A DNA stretch of 46,877 nucleotides from the NCBI GenBank assembly GCA_009602725.1, contig WELB01000017.1:387421-434297 (forward strand), read 5' to 3'. The notes below the pieces were generated by a model that ran no database searches, was not told the DNA's origin, and worked only from the letters and a program-made list of their open reading frames with translations. The position numbers were made by a program, and so were the translations under genes. Numbering within the stretch: the stretch's first letter is position 1; each line of letters begins with the position of its first letter. The DNA comes from Spirogloea muscicola (lineage: Eukaryota). Positions 28,316 to 46,589 of this stretch are shown here, piece after piece.

Positions 28316-28701
28316 CTACTGCAGGATAGTTGATGAGTAGCCACCCGCTACGGTGGGCAAGTTGTGACAAGTCAGATCGAAGTAGTGGCGAAGGAGCTGG
28401 AAGATGCATAACAACGTCTTCACTGCAATTGCGCAGTTGGACAGACCAAAGTTGGGGAGTACTGACGAAAATATGATGAAGAGTAGGCACAGAAGTTGGC
28501 GCAAGTGCAGGACCTGACGTAGGAGCACATAATTTGGCAGGTATTTCCTCTTCTGCCTGTACACTTAGCTAGCGGCATCTGCTTTCCTAACGTGTGAAGA
28601 CTGGATGACAATATGGGCATTCTTTTAACCTGTGTCCTATTTCGTGCTTGGACGTTACTTTTGGCAGTTGAGCTAACACCTACTATCTGAGCTATCTGGC
28701 A

Positions 28702-28787
28702 TCGGTATCTCTTCCTTTGGCTTTGGACATTGTCCATTCGTTTTGGGCTGGCTTTGCCAGCCCCTCTTCTCTATGGGCGAGCCCTTC
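28702..28787 (+). mobile_element. 86-bp stand-alone retroelement 3' hairpin unit with 10-bp TSD
   Basis: CTATCTGGCA occurs at 28692-28701 and at 28788-28797. Confidence 0.85.
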
Positions 28788-29597
28788 CTATCTGGCAGCA
28801 TCTGAAGTCTATCCAGCCGCGAGTTTTGGATCCGCATGGGGCGCCACTTGTAATCTGAACGATGTGATTAGATGTGAGTTGGTGCTCAATCTGCAATGTG
28901 AAAGTTAAGATAAGGTTAATATATACTGGAACCTAGCCATCATTGACGCTGCTTTGCGTTCTGCTCTGAAAGGGGAGCTAAGGTTCTTCAGCGCATTGCA
29001 TGTGGCCTACTTGAGCCAGCCCTTCAGCCATCTCTGCTATTTGTGACCAGCACAGATCGACGACCTATGCTAATCAGCAGGAAATTCAGGAGAGAGGAGG
29101 TAGACTGGTGATCTCGTCCTTCTCAACAGGCAGCCATCACTGTCCAGGTCCTCAAAGAAAATGCTCTCTACTGCAGATGCATGCACTTCTACTCTAAGTA
29201 TGTAATTCCACACAGTGATTCCAGCAAGAGCTCTCAGCTAGTGCAATATTACCGCAAGCTTAAGAGAGATATGAAAGGGACAACCCTCAGGTGGGGTGCA
29301 ATCCTTGCTGGATAGCTTCTAGTCAGCAGGTGCAGATCAGAATAAGTAGAGTAGCTTGCTGGTACATCGTGCGGTCTTGCCACACACTCAAGCCTACAGG
29401 CTTAGGAGATGTGGACATGGAGTACGAGCTCGTGTGAAGGTCTCACTCGTCCTGGGCTCGCCATTCACAGCCACGGGGGCCCCCTTTGGAAGAAAGGCGC
29501 GCGGTGCGCATGAATGGGCGACCTCACCTCCTTCAAATGACGAGCAAGGTACATTGATGTCTGAGTACGGAACGGCGACTGTCCAAGCCCATCATCC

Positions 29598-29665
29598 TTG
29601 TCAAGTCTTTTTGGGCTGGCTTTTCGCAGCCCTTGCCCCCATTGGGAGTGCCACTTCTCTCTTCT
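29598..29665 (+). mobile_element. Stand-alone variant 3' terminal unit
   Basis: TTGTCAAGTCTTTTTGGGCTGGCTTTTCGCAGCCCTTGCCCCCATTGGGAGTGCCACTTCT matches the units at ~10045-10110 and 20319-20380. Confidence 0.75.
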
Positions 29666-29890
29666 GCCGCCAAGCACAAGCTCGTCCAGCTGGACGAGAC
29701 GGGGGGGTGGGGCCGGTGCAACGAACCTGGACGAGATCCAGGGCTGGGGGGGCCGCGGGGCCGGGATCCGGGCCAGGTGCAGCCCACCGCCGCCGCCCCC
29801 CCCCTCGCCGGAAATACCGCCCCGGGACACCGCCCTTTCCCCCCCTGGCGCGCCGTCCCACCACTCTCGCCCCGCTCCCCTGCCGCCAAC

Positions 29891-29922
<32 letters not shown>

Positions 29923-30020
29923 AAGTCTGGCAGTCCTCCGCCGCTCCTGCCGGCATGCCCACGACGCCGCCGATGCGCAGCATGGAGCTGGGCTACAGCA
30001 GCTGCGGCGTGTTATGGCAG

Positions 30021-30333
30021 GTCACGGTGGTGGGCCGCGTGCTGTCTCGCGAGGACAAGGCCACGGACACCACCTTCCTGCTCAACGACGGCACTGGCCA
30101 GATCGAGGTCAAGCGCTGGTACTGCTGCCGCCGCCAACGCCGCGGCCGCTGTCGCTGCTGCGCCGCCACCGCTGCCGCCGCTGCTGCGCTGCCGCCGCTT
30201 AGCAGGCTTATGTTGCTTGGTAATCTTTTGCGCCCGGAAGTGTTCGAAGTGAGACGCTGAGTGTTGCGGCTACTGGTGCTGCCAGGAACAACGGTGAGGA
30301 CATCGGCGAGGGCCAGGACCTGGCTGCCATCCA
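30021..30333 (+). CDS. RPA32: Two internal exons (30021-30118, 30286-30333) of a replication protein A 32 kDa-like OB-fold gene; partial
   Basis: VTVVGRVLSREDKATDTTFLLNDGTGQIEVKRW-NNGEDIGEGQDLAAIQ, with AG/GT borders in compatible phase. Cut by the N at 30374. Confidence 0.7.
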
Positions 30334-30374
30334 GTAAGCGGGACTGAGCCCCGGCCACTGAGCACGCCCAGCGN

Positions 30375-31031
30375 CTGTACGCCAAGGACGGCTTGCGGCT
30401 GCACGGCGAGGCGGCCGAGGCCCTCGCCGACGCTGGTGGTGGCGGAGGCGGCGCAGCGGCGGCGGCGCTGCCCGTGAAGAGGTTCCTCCTCCAGAAGGGC
30501 CTCTCCAGCGGGCGCCTGCTCTGGCTGCACCTTGCGGCCATGGACGGCGACGTGCCAGCCTTGGAGCCGCGTACCTACGCCATGGCACTGCCCTTCCTCT
30601 TCCTCACCGCGCTCGCTTCGGCTCTCTACTCCGACGTCTTCGTGGCGCTGCGCGGCAAGCAGAGCCTGGTGGCAGGCCTCAACGCTGCCGACGTCTACAC
30701 GCTGGACGAGGCCGTGCGGCTGCACAATGCCGCTGTGCGGGCTCTGGCCCACGAACAAGCTGCGCTGCTGCGGAGGGCCGGTCGGGAGCTCGAGCGCCAG
30801 GAGGCGGAGCTCTCTGGCCTGCTGGCCCTTGTCCGGGTCCTGCAGCTGTCCATGCACGGCATGGCGGCGTGGCACGACCAGACCGCCAGGTTTGGCACCA
30901 CGGAGCCCAGCCGCTGCCTGCCCTCTGTCGAGGAACATTGCTTGAGTAGAGGCGTCAGCAGATGCGGCTCGCAGGTTCTCGCGGCTATGGAGGAGGCACG
31001 GCCTCTCCTCGAAGCTTACCTACTCACTTAG
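30375..31031 (+). CDS. Partial intronless ORF; C-terminal half of a possible class I terpene synthase-fold protein with degenerate motifs
   Basis: Open from the gap to TAG with GC3-rich codons. Motif order FLLQKGLSSG...LYSDVFVALRG...LN...EAVRLHN...GMAAWHDQTARF. Family assignment is by eye only. Confidence 0.5.
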   Translation: MYAKDGLRLHGEAAEALADAGGGGGGAAAAALPVKRFLLQKGLSSGRLLWLHLAAMDGDVPALEPRTYAMALPFLFLTALASALYSDVFVALRGKQSLVAGLNAADVYTLDEAVRLHNAAVRALAHEQAALLRRAGRELERQEAELSGLLALVRVLQLSMHGMAAWHDQTARFGTTEPSRCLPSVEEHCLSRGVSRCGSQVLAAMEEARPLLEAYLLT

Positions 31032-31394
31032 GTTGCTCATTTTCATGCACAGCATCCCCCTCTTTCAGACACCCCCCCATTGACACCTGCCGCGCAAGTG
31101 GCCCATATCTATTGGGTCTTCACACTCTCTTGAGAGGACATGTCCAACTATTCATTTGTACAGCCGTGCTTGCTCTATCATCGTCATTGGTGGTTATGGG
31201 AAGGTTGGGGAAGGTGGGGAAGGTTGTTGAGCTCTCTCAATACATCAGTAGTGAGAATGTCATCGAATAAAGGACTTCCCACCTAGCCAAGTCTCTATTT
31301 TGTCCTGTGTCCAGAGTAGTATCACCAAACACCTACAAGACTCTCTTTCCCTGTCACATTGAGATCATCTGTGTCAGCTGTGTGCGGTGAATCC

Positions 31395-31669
31395 CTCGCC
31401 TCCCTCGCCTATGCCGTCCACTCGCGTGCGGGCCGCGCTATCGCGGCTGCTTCTGGGTCGCGTCTGGATGCATCTTTTCCTGCGTCGAGCTACTCCGACC
31501 TGATGTTGCTCACCCGGGGGTATTGAGCTTCCTGTGATTTCGTCGTGTCTTCTTCTCTAGCTGCCTAGCTGTGTGTTTTTTGGTTTTGTGTTTTTTGGCT
31601 TTTGACATTGTCCATTCTTTCTGGGCTGGCTTTGCTGGCCCCCTTTCTCTATGGGCGCGCTCTTTCTTC
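31395..31669 (+). mobile_element. 5'-truncated CRE-like 3' end (same subfamily as 9100-9318)
   Basis: AVHSRAGRAIAAASG...SDLMLLTRGY* (stop at 31526), then 3' UTR and hairpin unit. Confidence 0.85.
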
Positions 31670-32417
31670 GAATCCGTCATGATTCGCCAACTATATTACA
31701 TGGCCTCTTTCTCCATCATAACAATCAAAGATCATCTGAGTCAATTGTGTGCTGTGATCCCCGAGCAAGCCACTCAAGGACAAGCGCCCCATACAAGCCA
31801 GCAGCTTTGGCATGCTCCTCAAGAGCCCGCTTCCTTTGACATGGTATATTTGAAAGGAACGCTGCAACTCCTATACTGGTTAATGTAAGGAACACCTTCA
31901 TCAGCATTTCATAATTGCAGCAAATGACGATGCAAGGGCGCTTTGCAGCTCCTACCCTTCACACCAGTAATCATCTGAACCTTGCACATAAGCCATCACT
32001 TATCATGTGCAACAGCGGCGCACCAGATAGAACCATCTGTTCAACTTAACAGGCAAATGTGAAGCATAGATTGCAGTGACAGGGCAACAGGTACTTCTAG
32101 GTCACAGACGTCAGCATATTTGACCTTGAACTTTGGCCAGAGGCTTGGTGAATGTAAGATACTTCAAGAGAGCAAAGTGGTGTCTGGAAGACCACTGATG
32201 CGAGCAGAAGAGAAGATAGGCTGGTTTGGCAGTGAGGGTAAAAGTCATTGGTAGAAAGCGTCTCTATGGACGAGGAAATGCCCTCAGTAACAGTGCAAGC
32301 TGTCTAAAATGGCCGCCCGCTCGACATTGAAAGCGTGTCCCCTCAACGGCCAGGTCGTCAGCCCAAGATTGCAACCTGAGGCTGCTTGTGTGCTACAATC
32401 TGCTCGTTCCTTATTCT

Positions 32418-39967
<7,550 letters not shown>

Positions 39968-40590
39968 CTAAGGAGGCGCCGTGCTGCCAGCNTCTCTCCC
40001 CCGCCTGATGTCACTCACTCGGCTCCTCTCAATCCTCCTCGGCTGTCGCTCTGGCCGCCGCAGGGCCCCTCTCGTCGCCACCTGCGGCCTCTAGCAGGAG
40101 CACCAGTGGCCGACTCGCACGGCCGTCGCCGCCCGTCAAGGGCCCCCCGGGCAGCCAGCCATGGCGCCTCGGCCGAGCGGCCGCCGCAGTCGCCGGCCGC
40201 CTGTGGGGCCTCCGCCAGGCCCGCTTCCCTCCGGCTACCGAGGCCGCGACGTGCCTTCAGCCAGCAGCGAAGGACCAGGGCTCCTCCGCGACCGCCGCCG
40301 GCGCCGCCGCCGTCTCCGCCGCCGTTGCCGCTGCCGCGAGCGCCATGCAAATGCGCCGCGGAAGGGGGGGGTGGCCAGGAGCACGCGCGGGGCCGCGTTC
40401 ACACCAGTACCCCGCCAGCTCTGGCGGCGCCGCCAGATGTGGCGGCGGGGGGCCGGCTGCACCGCGGGCTGCCCCAGCGCCTCCGCCGCGCACCTGCGGC
40501 GCCGCCAGATGTGGCGGCCCCGCTGCGCTGGGTGGGGATGGAGGGCCCTGCCACGTGAGATGCCCTTGTGGCCACGTCGGATGCCCTGCG

Positions 40591-41169
40591 TGAAGGCCAA
40601 AATGGCCAGAATGGTTGACGGCGGCCATTGCGGGCTACAGTCGGCAGCGGAAGACTGTCGAAGGTCGAACCGGCGTGCCAGCGGCTGGGCAGAAGCCCCT
40701 GTGAGGTGAGGGGAGATGGAGCGTTGAGCGGGCAGAGAGGCAGGGCTTGGGCCAGTATTCAGAAATGAGAGTCCGCGCAGGGGTCCTGCGCTGTGAGCTT
40801 GGTTATATGGGCGTCGGGCAACCCGGGAGGGCGCCGCCCCAAGTGTCTGACAGAGCTGCTTGTGGCGGTGAACGCGGTTAGACGCCGCCCCACCAAGCAG
40901 GTGATGCAGGTGGTTACCGCCTTCGCGGAATCACCCACCGCCCCTATCTGGTTCTGGAGAGAGGGTGAATCAGAAGCCTCTCCGCGGCTATCACCGCCGG
41001 AGGAAACTACTCTGCGGTCGTCACCGCCTAGAGCTAGTTAGCTAACTCGAAGTTAGCCAAGACTTCTATCCTTAGCGATTTCTCGCCTAAGGCCAACACT
41101 CCACCTAAGTCTTGACTGACTGAGAGCACTACCTCAGACCAGCCTAAGCTAAGGCTAGCAGCATTGTCA
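40591..41169 (-). repeat. 3' LTR (579 bp, TG...CA), preceded by polypurine tract GGAGGGAGG (41170-41178)
   Basis: On the minus strand it starts TGACAA directly after the PPT and ends CCTTCA. Its last 139 bp match 45140-45278. Confidence 0.85.
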
Positions 41170-42029
41170 CCTCCCTCCACTATAAGGTTCGGGCATTCAG
41201 CCACTTTTGGCCAGGCTAAGAAGAAAGACAAATTTCTCATGTAAGCCTGCCGTTATCACCTTGATGCTGGAGAGAGCCACAGTCTTCTGGAGCCTTGCTG
41301 CTGATGAGATGGCTCCACCTGAGAGTAGGAAGACGTATCCTGTGGTACTCCTCCTTGTAGTTGGCTCTCCTCCCCAATCAGCATCACTGTACCCTTGAAG
41401 GGTTGCTTGCTCAGTGCCTCCCTTGTAGGCCAGATGGAAACCTGTTGTGCCCCTGAGGTACCTGTAGAGAGTCTTCATGGCAGTTCAGTGTCTTGGGCTG
41501 GGAATTGCCATATGCTGGTTCGATTGGCTCGTGGCCACAGCAATAACAGGTCTTGTGGCAACCATCAGAAACTTCAGACTCCCAAGTGCCTGTGAGTAAG
41601 GGAACTCCTTCTGAGCCTTGCTCTTCACTGCTTCGAAGCTCCTGCAGAGTATCAGAGTGGGCTTGCTGTTGTCCATGTTGAGCTTCTTCAGGACCTGCTC
41701 CGGGAAATGCTCTGGACCCAGCTCCACCTGTGTCGTGAGTTGGTCTTGCTCCACCTGGATCCCAAGGAGGAATTTGCTTTCGCCCATGTCTTGCGACCTG
41801 AAGTCAACTGACAATTGCGCCTCCACACTCTCGAGGTCCTGCAGCCTTCTTGCTAGGATGAGCAAATCGTCCACATCGAGTGCAATGTAGACCTCTTCTC
41901 CTGCAGTCTGCTGGATGTGCAGACCTGCATCTGCAACGGTCCTCCTGAAGTCTTGCTCTGCCAGGTACTGGTCACTTGTCTTGAACCATACCCTGACCGC
42001 TTGCTTGAGGCCGTCCAGACTTGTCTTCA

Positions 42030-42410
42030 GCTGCACCGGCTGCTGCTGTTGCTGCTGCTCCGTCTGCTGCTGCTGCTCCGGCTGCTGCTGCTGCTCCTCT
42101 GGCTGCTGCTGCTGCTCCGGCTGCTGCTGCTGCTGCTCTGGCTGCTGCTGTTGCTGCTGCTCCGGCTGCTGCTGCTGTTGCTCTGGCTGCTGCTGCTGTT
42201 CCTGCTGCTGCTGCTGCACTGGCTGCTGCGGTTGCACCTGCTGCTGCTGCTGCACTGGCTGCTGCTGTTGCACCTGCTGCTGCTGCTGCACTGGCTGCTG
42301 CTGCTGCTGCACCTGTTGCTGCTGCTGCTGCACCTGCTGCTGCTGCTGCACTGGCTGCTGTTGCTGCACCTGCTGCTGCTGCTGCTGCACCTGTTGCTGC
42401 AGCCCTGGCT
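42030..42410 (-). repeat. Interrupted (CAG)n array encoding polyQ within the copia pol ORF; a second Gln-rich array lies at ~43370-43555
   Basis: Seen directly as QQQQPVQQQQQVQ/QQQQPE periodicity. Confidence 0.9.
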
Positions 42411-42792
42411 GCTGCTCTTCTTTGGCAGCCTGCTTCCACTTGCTGGCATCGGTCCTGCTTCTTTCTTTGACCAAGGTAAGAGGCTCCACCTTAGTCAACA
42501 GGACTTGCACAGGCTTCTTCTGCAGTCTTGCAGACCTTCTCAGCTGAATCCCAGTGATCTCTGCACTGTTTTCCTGAGAGTTCTCCTGATCAGCATGCTC
42601 AGTCTCCATACCCTGAAGGTCTTCAGTCCTCAGCTGCTTCCTCTCCTGGTCTCCAGGCTGTCTTACACCTCCTGAGCTGACTTCTGTAGCTGCTGCAGGT
42701 GTCGTAGCCTGTACAGGGACGATTGCTGAAGCTGGTGTTGGAGCTGACGCTGCTGCTGGAACTTGAGCTGGAGTTGGCGTTGCTGCTGGAGC

Positions 42793-43035
42793 TGGTGTTG
42801 GAGCTGCTGTTGAGGCCGGATCCTGGACTTGAACCACTGGGTCCACCTCTGGCACTGCTCCGACCACTGTAGCTAGTGTTGGGGCTGCTGTTGAGGCCGA
42901 AACCTGGACTTGAACCACTGGCTTCACCTCTTGCGCTGCTCCAACCACTGTGGCTAGTGTTGAAGCTGCTGTTGAGGCCGAAACCTGGTCTTGCACCACT
43001 GGCTCCACCTCTTGCACTGCTCCAACCACTGTAGC
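42793..43035 (-). repeat. Three tandem 81-bp (27-aa) coding repeats in the copia ORF
   Basis: ATVVGAVQEVEPVVQDQVSASTAASTL / ATVVGAAQEVKPVVQVQVSASTAAPTL / ATVVGAVPEVDPVVQVQDPASTAAPTP. Confidence 0.9.
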
Positions 43036-45128
43036 CTCCTGCAGCCAACCTTTCTCAGCTCTGGGCTCCACCTGACTGGCCAGCATGGCTTGTGCAACAA
43101 TTCCTGGATGGTGCTCCTGTTGACCTGTTGTCAGCACCTGCTCCTGCGGCTTCTGATTCTGTTGCAGCGGCTCCTTGAATTGCTCCTTGAGCTGCTTCTC
43201 GAGCTGCTGCCGTTCTAGATGAAGCTGCTGTTGCTGCCACTGCTGCTCTTCAGGTCCTTGCTTGGTTGATGATCTCGCCAGAAACGCTAGCTGCTCCTGT
43301 GCTGCCGCGTCCTGGTCTGGCTTCTCGGCTGGCATGATGTCCTGGTACAGCTGCTTCCGCTCTGGTTGCACATGCTGTAGCTGCGCTGGCTGCACCTGTT
43401 GCTGCTGCACTGGCTGCACCTGTTGCTGCTGCACTGGCTGCACCTGCAACGGCTGTTGCACTGGCTGCACCTGCTGCTGCGGCGTTGGCTGCACCACCTG
43501 CTGCGGCGTTGGCTGCACCTGCGGCTGCTGCATTGCTTGAGCCTGCTGCTGCTGACATCCCTTGCTGAGCTCCTGAAGCCTTGCCACCATCGTTGCAGTC
43601 TCCGCCTTCTGGGATCTGCACCTTAGCAGGTACTGGTTGTCCTGCTTTCTGGCAACTCCGATCAGCTCGCCCTCGCCACTGCTGATGACGCATTGGCCGC
43701 CGCTGAATCTGAAGCTCGCCCCATTGCCCATCTCCTGCTGGATTGACAGCAGGTTTCTGGCAATCCCTGGTACTAGCAGCACATCAGTCAAGATGACCTC
43801 TCGCTCCACGCCTTGTGTCATCACCCTGAGATAGCAAGTACCTCTGCCTGTCGAAGGCAAGGTCTGCTGGTCGCCGAAGGTGATCAATGGTCCCTGGAAA
43901 GCCTCGAACTGATGGAGAAGCTCCCGCCTTCCGGTAATGTGCAGGCTCGCTCCGCTGTCGATGATCCAATCGTCGACCTGTTGTTGGGGCTGTCCTGCCA
44001 GGGCCATGTAGACGCTGGGGTTGATGTCGCTGCTTCCACTGGACCGCTGGACCTTCGTCTTGGACTTGCACTCTCTAGCCCAGTGGCCCTTGCGACCACA
44101 GGCTTTGCAGACGTCCTCTGAACGGTCCTTGTCCTTGTGGTACTTGCTCTTCTTGCTCTTCTCCATCTTGCTCCCATGCTGGCTGAGTAGCACTTCTGCT
44201 GGTGAGCTGAGCGCCTTCCCATCTCGAATCTGCAGAGCTTCCTCCTGTAGAAACCGCTACGAGATGTCTTCGAACGAGAGCGTCTCACCGAGAGTAGTCA
44301 GAGCAGTCACCAACTGAGGCCACTCGTCCCTCATTGAGGCGAGTAGCGCGTCGGCAGCTTCTCCCTCATCGTAGTGACAACCTGCGGCTCGCAGCTCGCT
44401 CATAATCCCCTGGTACTTGGAGATATGGTCCTGGATGCTGCCGGCTGGATCTCTCCTCGTCTGCCAGAGTTGAAGACGCAGATGCACTTTCGATGCCCTC
44501 GTCTTCTTCTCGTAGATGTTGCAGAGGATCCTCCAGACTTCGGCTGCACTCCTGGCACCCTGGACATGCCGAGCTTGGCTGTCTGCCAAAGAGGAAGCGA
44601 TCAGTGCTATGGCAGCACTATCCTTCTTCTGCTGCTTGATGTCGTCGTCTCCTCCAGTCGAGGCAGGTCCTGAGGCTGGTGTCGGGGCTGACGCCGTGGT
44701 CCCCCCTGCAGTCGCAGCTGACGCTCCTCGTCTTGAGGCTGGTGCCGAGGCTGATGCTGGGGCAGCTCGCGTGAACTCCCCTGCGGCCGCACCATCTTCT
44801 CCTTCCGTTGGGGCCGATGCTGAGGCTGGTGTCAGGGCTGACGCCGTGGTCCCCCTTGCAGTCGCAGCTGGTCCTCCACCCGGCAAGGCTGGTGCTGAGG
44901 CTGTTGTCGGGGCAGAACGCGTGGTCTCCCCGTCGGTCGCCGCAGCAGCAGATTCTCCTCCTCCCCCAGCCTGGATCGCAGACTGGCTGTGTCGAGCTCC
45001 ACCTGTTGGAGCTGCAGACGGGCTCACCACATCCCAAAGGTCTCTGGCCTTCAGGAGGTACTCCATTCGCCACTTCCACAGAGGGAAGTCGGTCCCGTTG
45101 ATCACCACGGCCATGGCTTCGCCGCCAC

Positions 45129-45139
45129 CTCTGATACCA
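45129..45139 (-). promoter_or_regulatory. Primer binding site complementary to tRNA-iMet
   Basis: TGGTATCAGAG immediately follows the LTR terminal CA on the minus strand. Confidence 0.9.
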
Positions 45140-45278
45140 TGAAGGCCAAAATGGCCAGAATGGTTGACGGCGGCCATTGCAGGCTACCGTCGGCAGCGGA
45201 AGATTGTCGAAGGTCGAAACGGCGTGCCAGCGGCTGGGCAGAAGCCCCTGTGAGGTGAGGGGAGATGGAGCGTTGAGC
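45140..45278 (-). repeat. Truncated 5' LTR (3'-most 139 bp)
   Basis: 4 mismatches versus 40591-40729; homology stops abruptly at 45278. Confidence 0.85.
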
Positions 45279-46589
45279 AGGAGAGAAGCCCTGAGTTAGG
45301 TCGAGGGCGCCGCCGCCGCCGCCGCCGCCGCCCCTCCTAAACCCCGGGCCGCCGCCGGCGCCGCTGCCGGCGGCGCCCGCCATGGGGTCCGCGGCGCGCC
45401 GGTCCCTCGCACCCGCCGCCCTCGCCTCCGCCGCCTCACTCCCCGTCGCCTCAACTGCGCGCTCCCGGCGCCGCCGACGGAGCCCGAGTCCGGAGTTGCT
45501 TCAGGAGTCGCTCCAGGCAAAGCATCTGTGTAAAGGAAGCGGCTGCTGATATGAAAGAATCGGCTGTGAAAGAATCGGCTGTGTAAGGCGGTCCGGGCGC
45601 CTCGTCCCAGACTCCGGCTGGAGCGGGGCGCTGCGCCCCCGCCGCCAGCGCCGCCCGACTTTCAAGTCCCCGCACTGCTCCCCGCTGTTGTCGCCGCCTC
45701 CTGCCTCCGCTTCATCTGTAGGCCCGCGCCGCCGCCGCCGCCGCCGCCATTCCCTCTCCACGCGCCACCGACGTCCAACGCAACGCAGCCATCGCTCCCC
45801 CCATCACCGCCGCCGCCGCCACCACCCCCTGCGGCATCAGAGGGCGTGCAGTGCCCCCGATGTCCCAAGCTCTGCAAGAATGCGCATGGTCTTGCGATCC
45901 ATGCGTACTCCTGCTTGAAGCGAGCCGGCCTCGCCGCCGCGGCGTCTGCTGTGGCAGTCGCGGCTGGCGGCCCCACCGTCTCTGTTCAGGCCGTCCCTGC
46001 TCAGGAGCAGGAGCATCACGCGGAGGGGCATCTATCGCCTCCCGCCCCAGAGATGTGTGGGGCACCTGCTTTATTGACTCCGCCCTCGAGACAAGAAGAG
46101 CCCCCCGAGGTGAACCCAGTCTATCGGCAGGGTGCCTTGTCCCCTGAGGGCAATGCTGCTCCTCATGTCCCTGTGAGTGTGCCTGCCATGGCCACAGGGC
46201 CGCCGTCCCCACCGCCGTCGCCGCCACCGCCGTCGCCGCCTTCGATGCCGTCGTCGCCACTGCCACCCCAGAACCCACCTCTGTTGCGCCAGCCATCGGC
46301 GCCGCCTCCGTCGCCGCCGCCTCCACCATCGCCGAGCGAGCCAGCGCCACCGCCGTCGCCTTCACCTCCCTCGTCCTCACCGCCGCTTCCTCCGTCGGAG
46401 CCTCTACGGTGCCGGCACTGTCAGCGCCCCTGGCCAACCCAGCGCGCTCGGACCATGCACGAGCACGCTTGCCAGCTGCAGGCCAATCGAGCGGCGCAGA
46501 AGCGGCCACGTCCGCTGAGGGCGGCCGCGGCCGCGATGGCCGCCCAGGCCGACGTGTCCCTCCCGGGCCGACCCCTCCAGGTCCCCACC

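Larger units (their letters stand above)
40591..45278 (-). mobile_element. Non-autonomous Ty1/copia LTR retrotransposon derivative
   Basis: Gag (DFPLWKWRMEYLLKARDLWDVV; SAAEVWRILCNIY), CCHC knuckle CKACGRKGHWAREC, protease WIIDSGAS, RT remnant LKTSLDGLKQAVRVW/DVDDLLI and RNase H YSDADWGG...RRSTTGYVF. In-frame TAG at 44257; frameshift at ~41480. LTRs, PBS and PPT are present. Confidence 0.93.

Noticed and set aside
28330..28530. Coiled-coil-like decayed reading frame; similar coding-like stretches at ~19300-19900
   Set aside because: Multiple stops and no recognisable family.
30021..31031. RPA32 fused to the downstream ORF
   Set aside because: The two are separated by an N of unknown true length, so there is no evidence they form one gene.
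39993..40590. Several overlapping Arg/Pro/Ala-rich ORFs (also at 13100-13520, 29356-30250 and 45300-46500)
   Set aside because: They arise from stop-codon scarcity in very GC-rich, microsatellite-containing DNA and show no domain signal.
41915..42675. Plus-strand poly-Cys, poly-Leu and poly-Ala ORFs (keratin- or metallothionein-like)
   Set aside because: They are antisense readings of the CAG array in the copia ORF.
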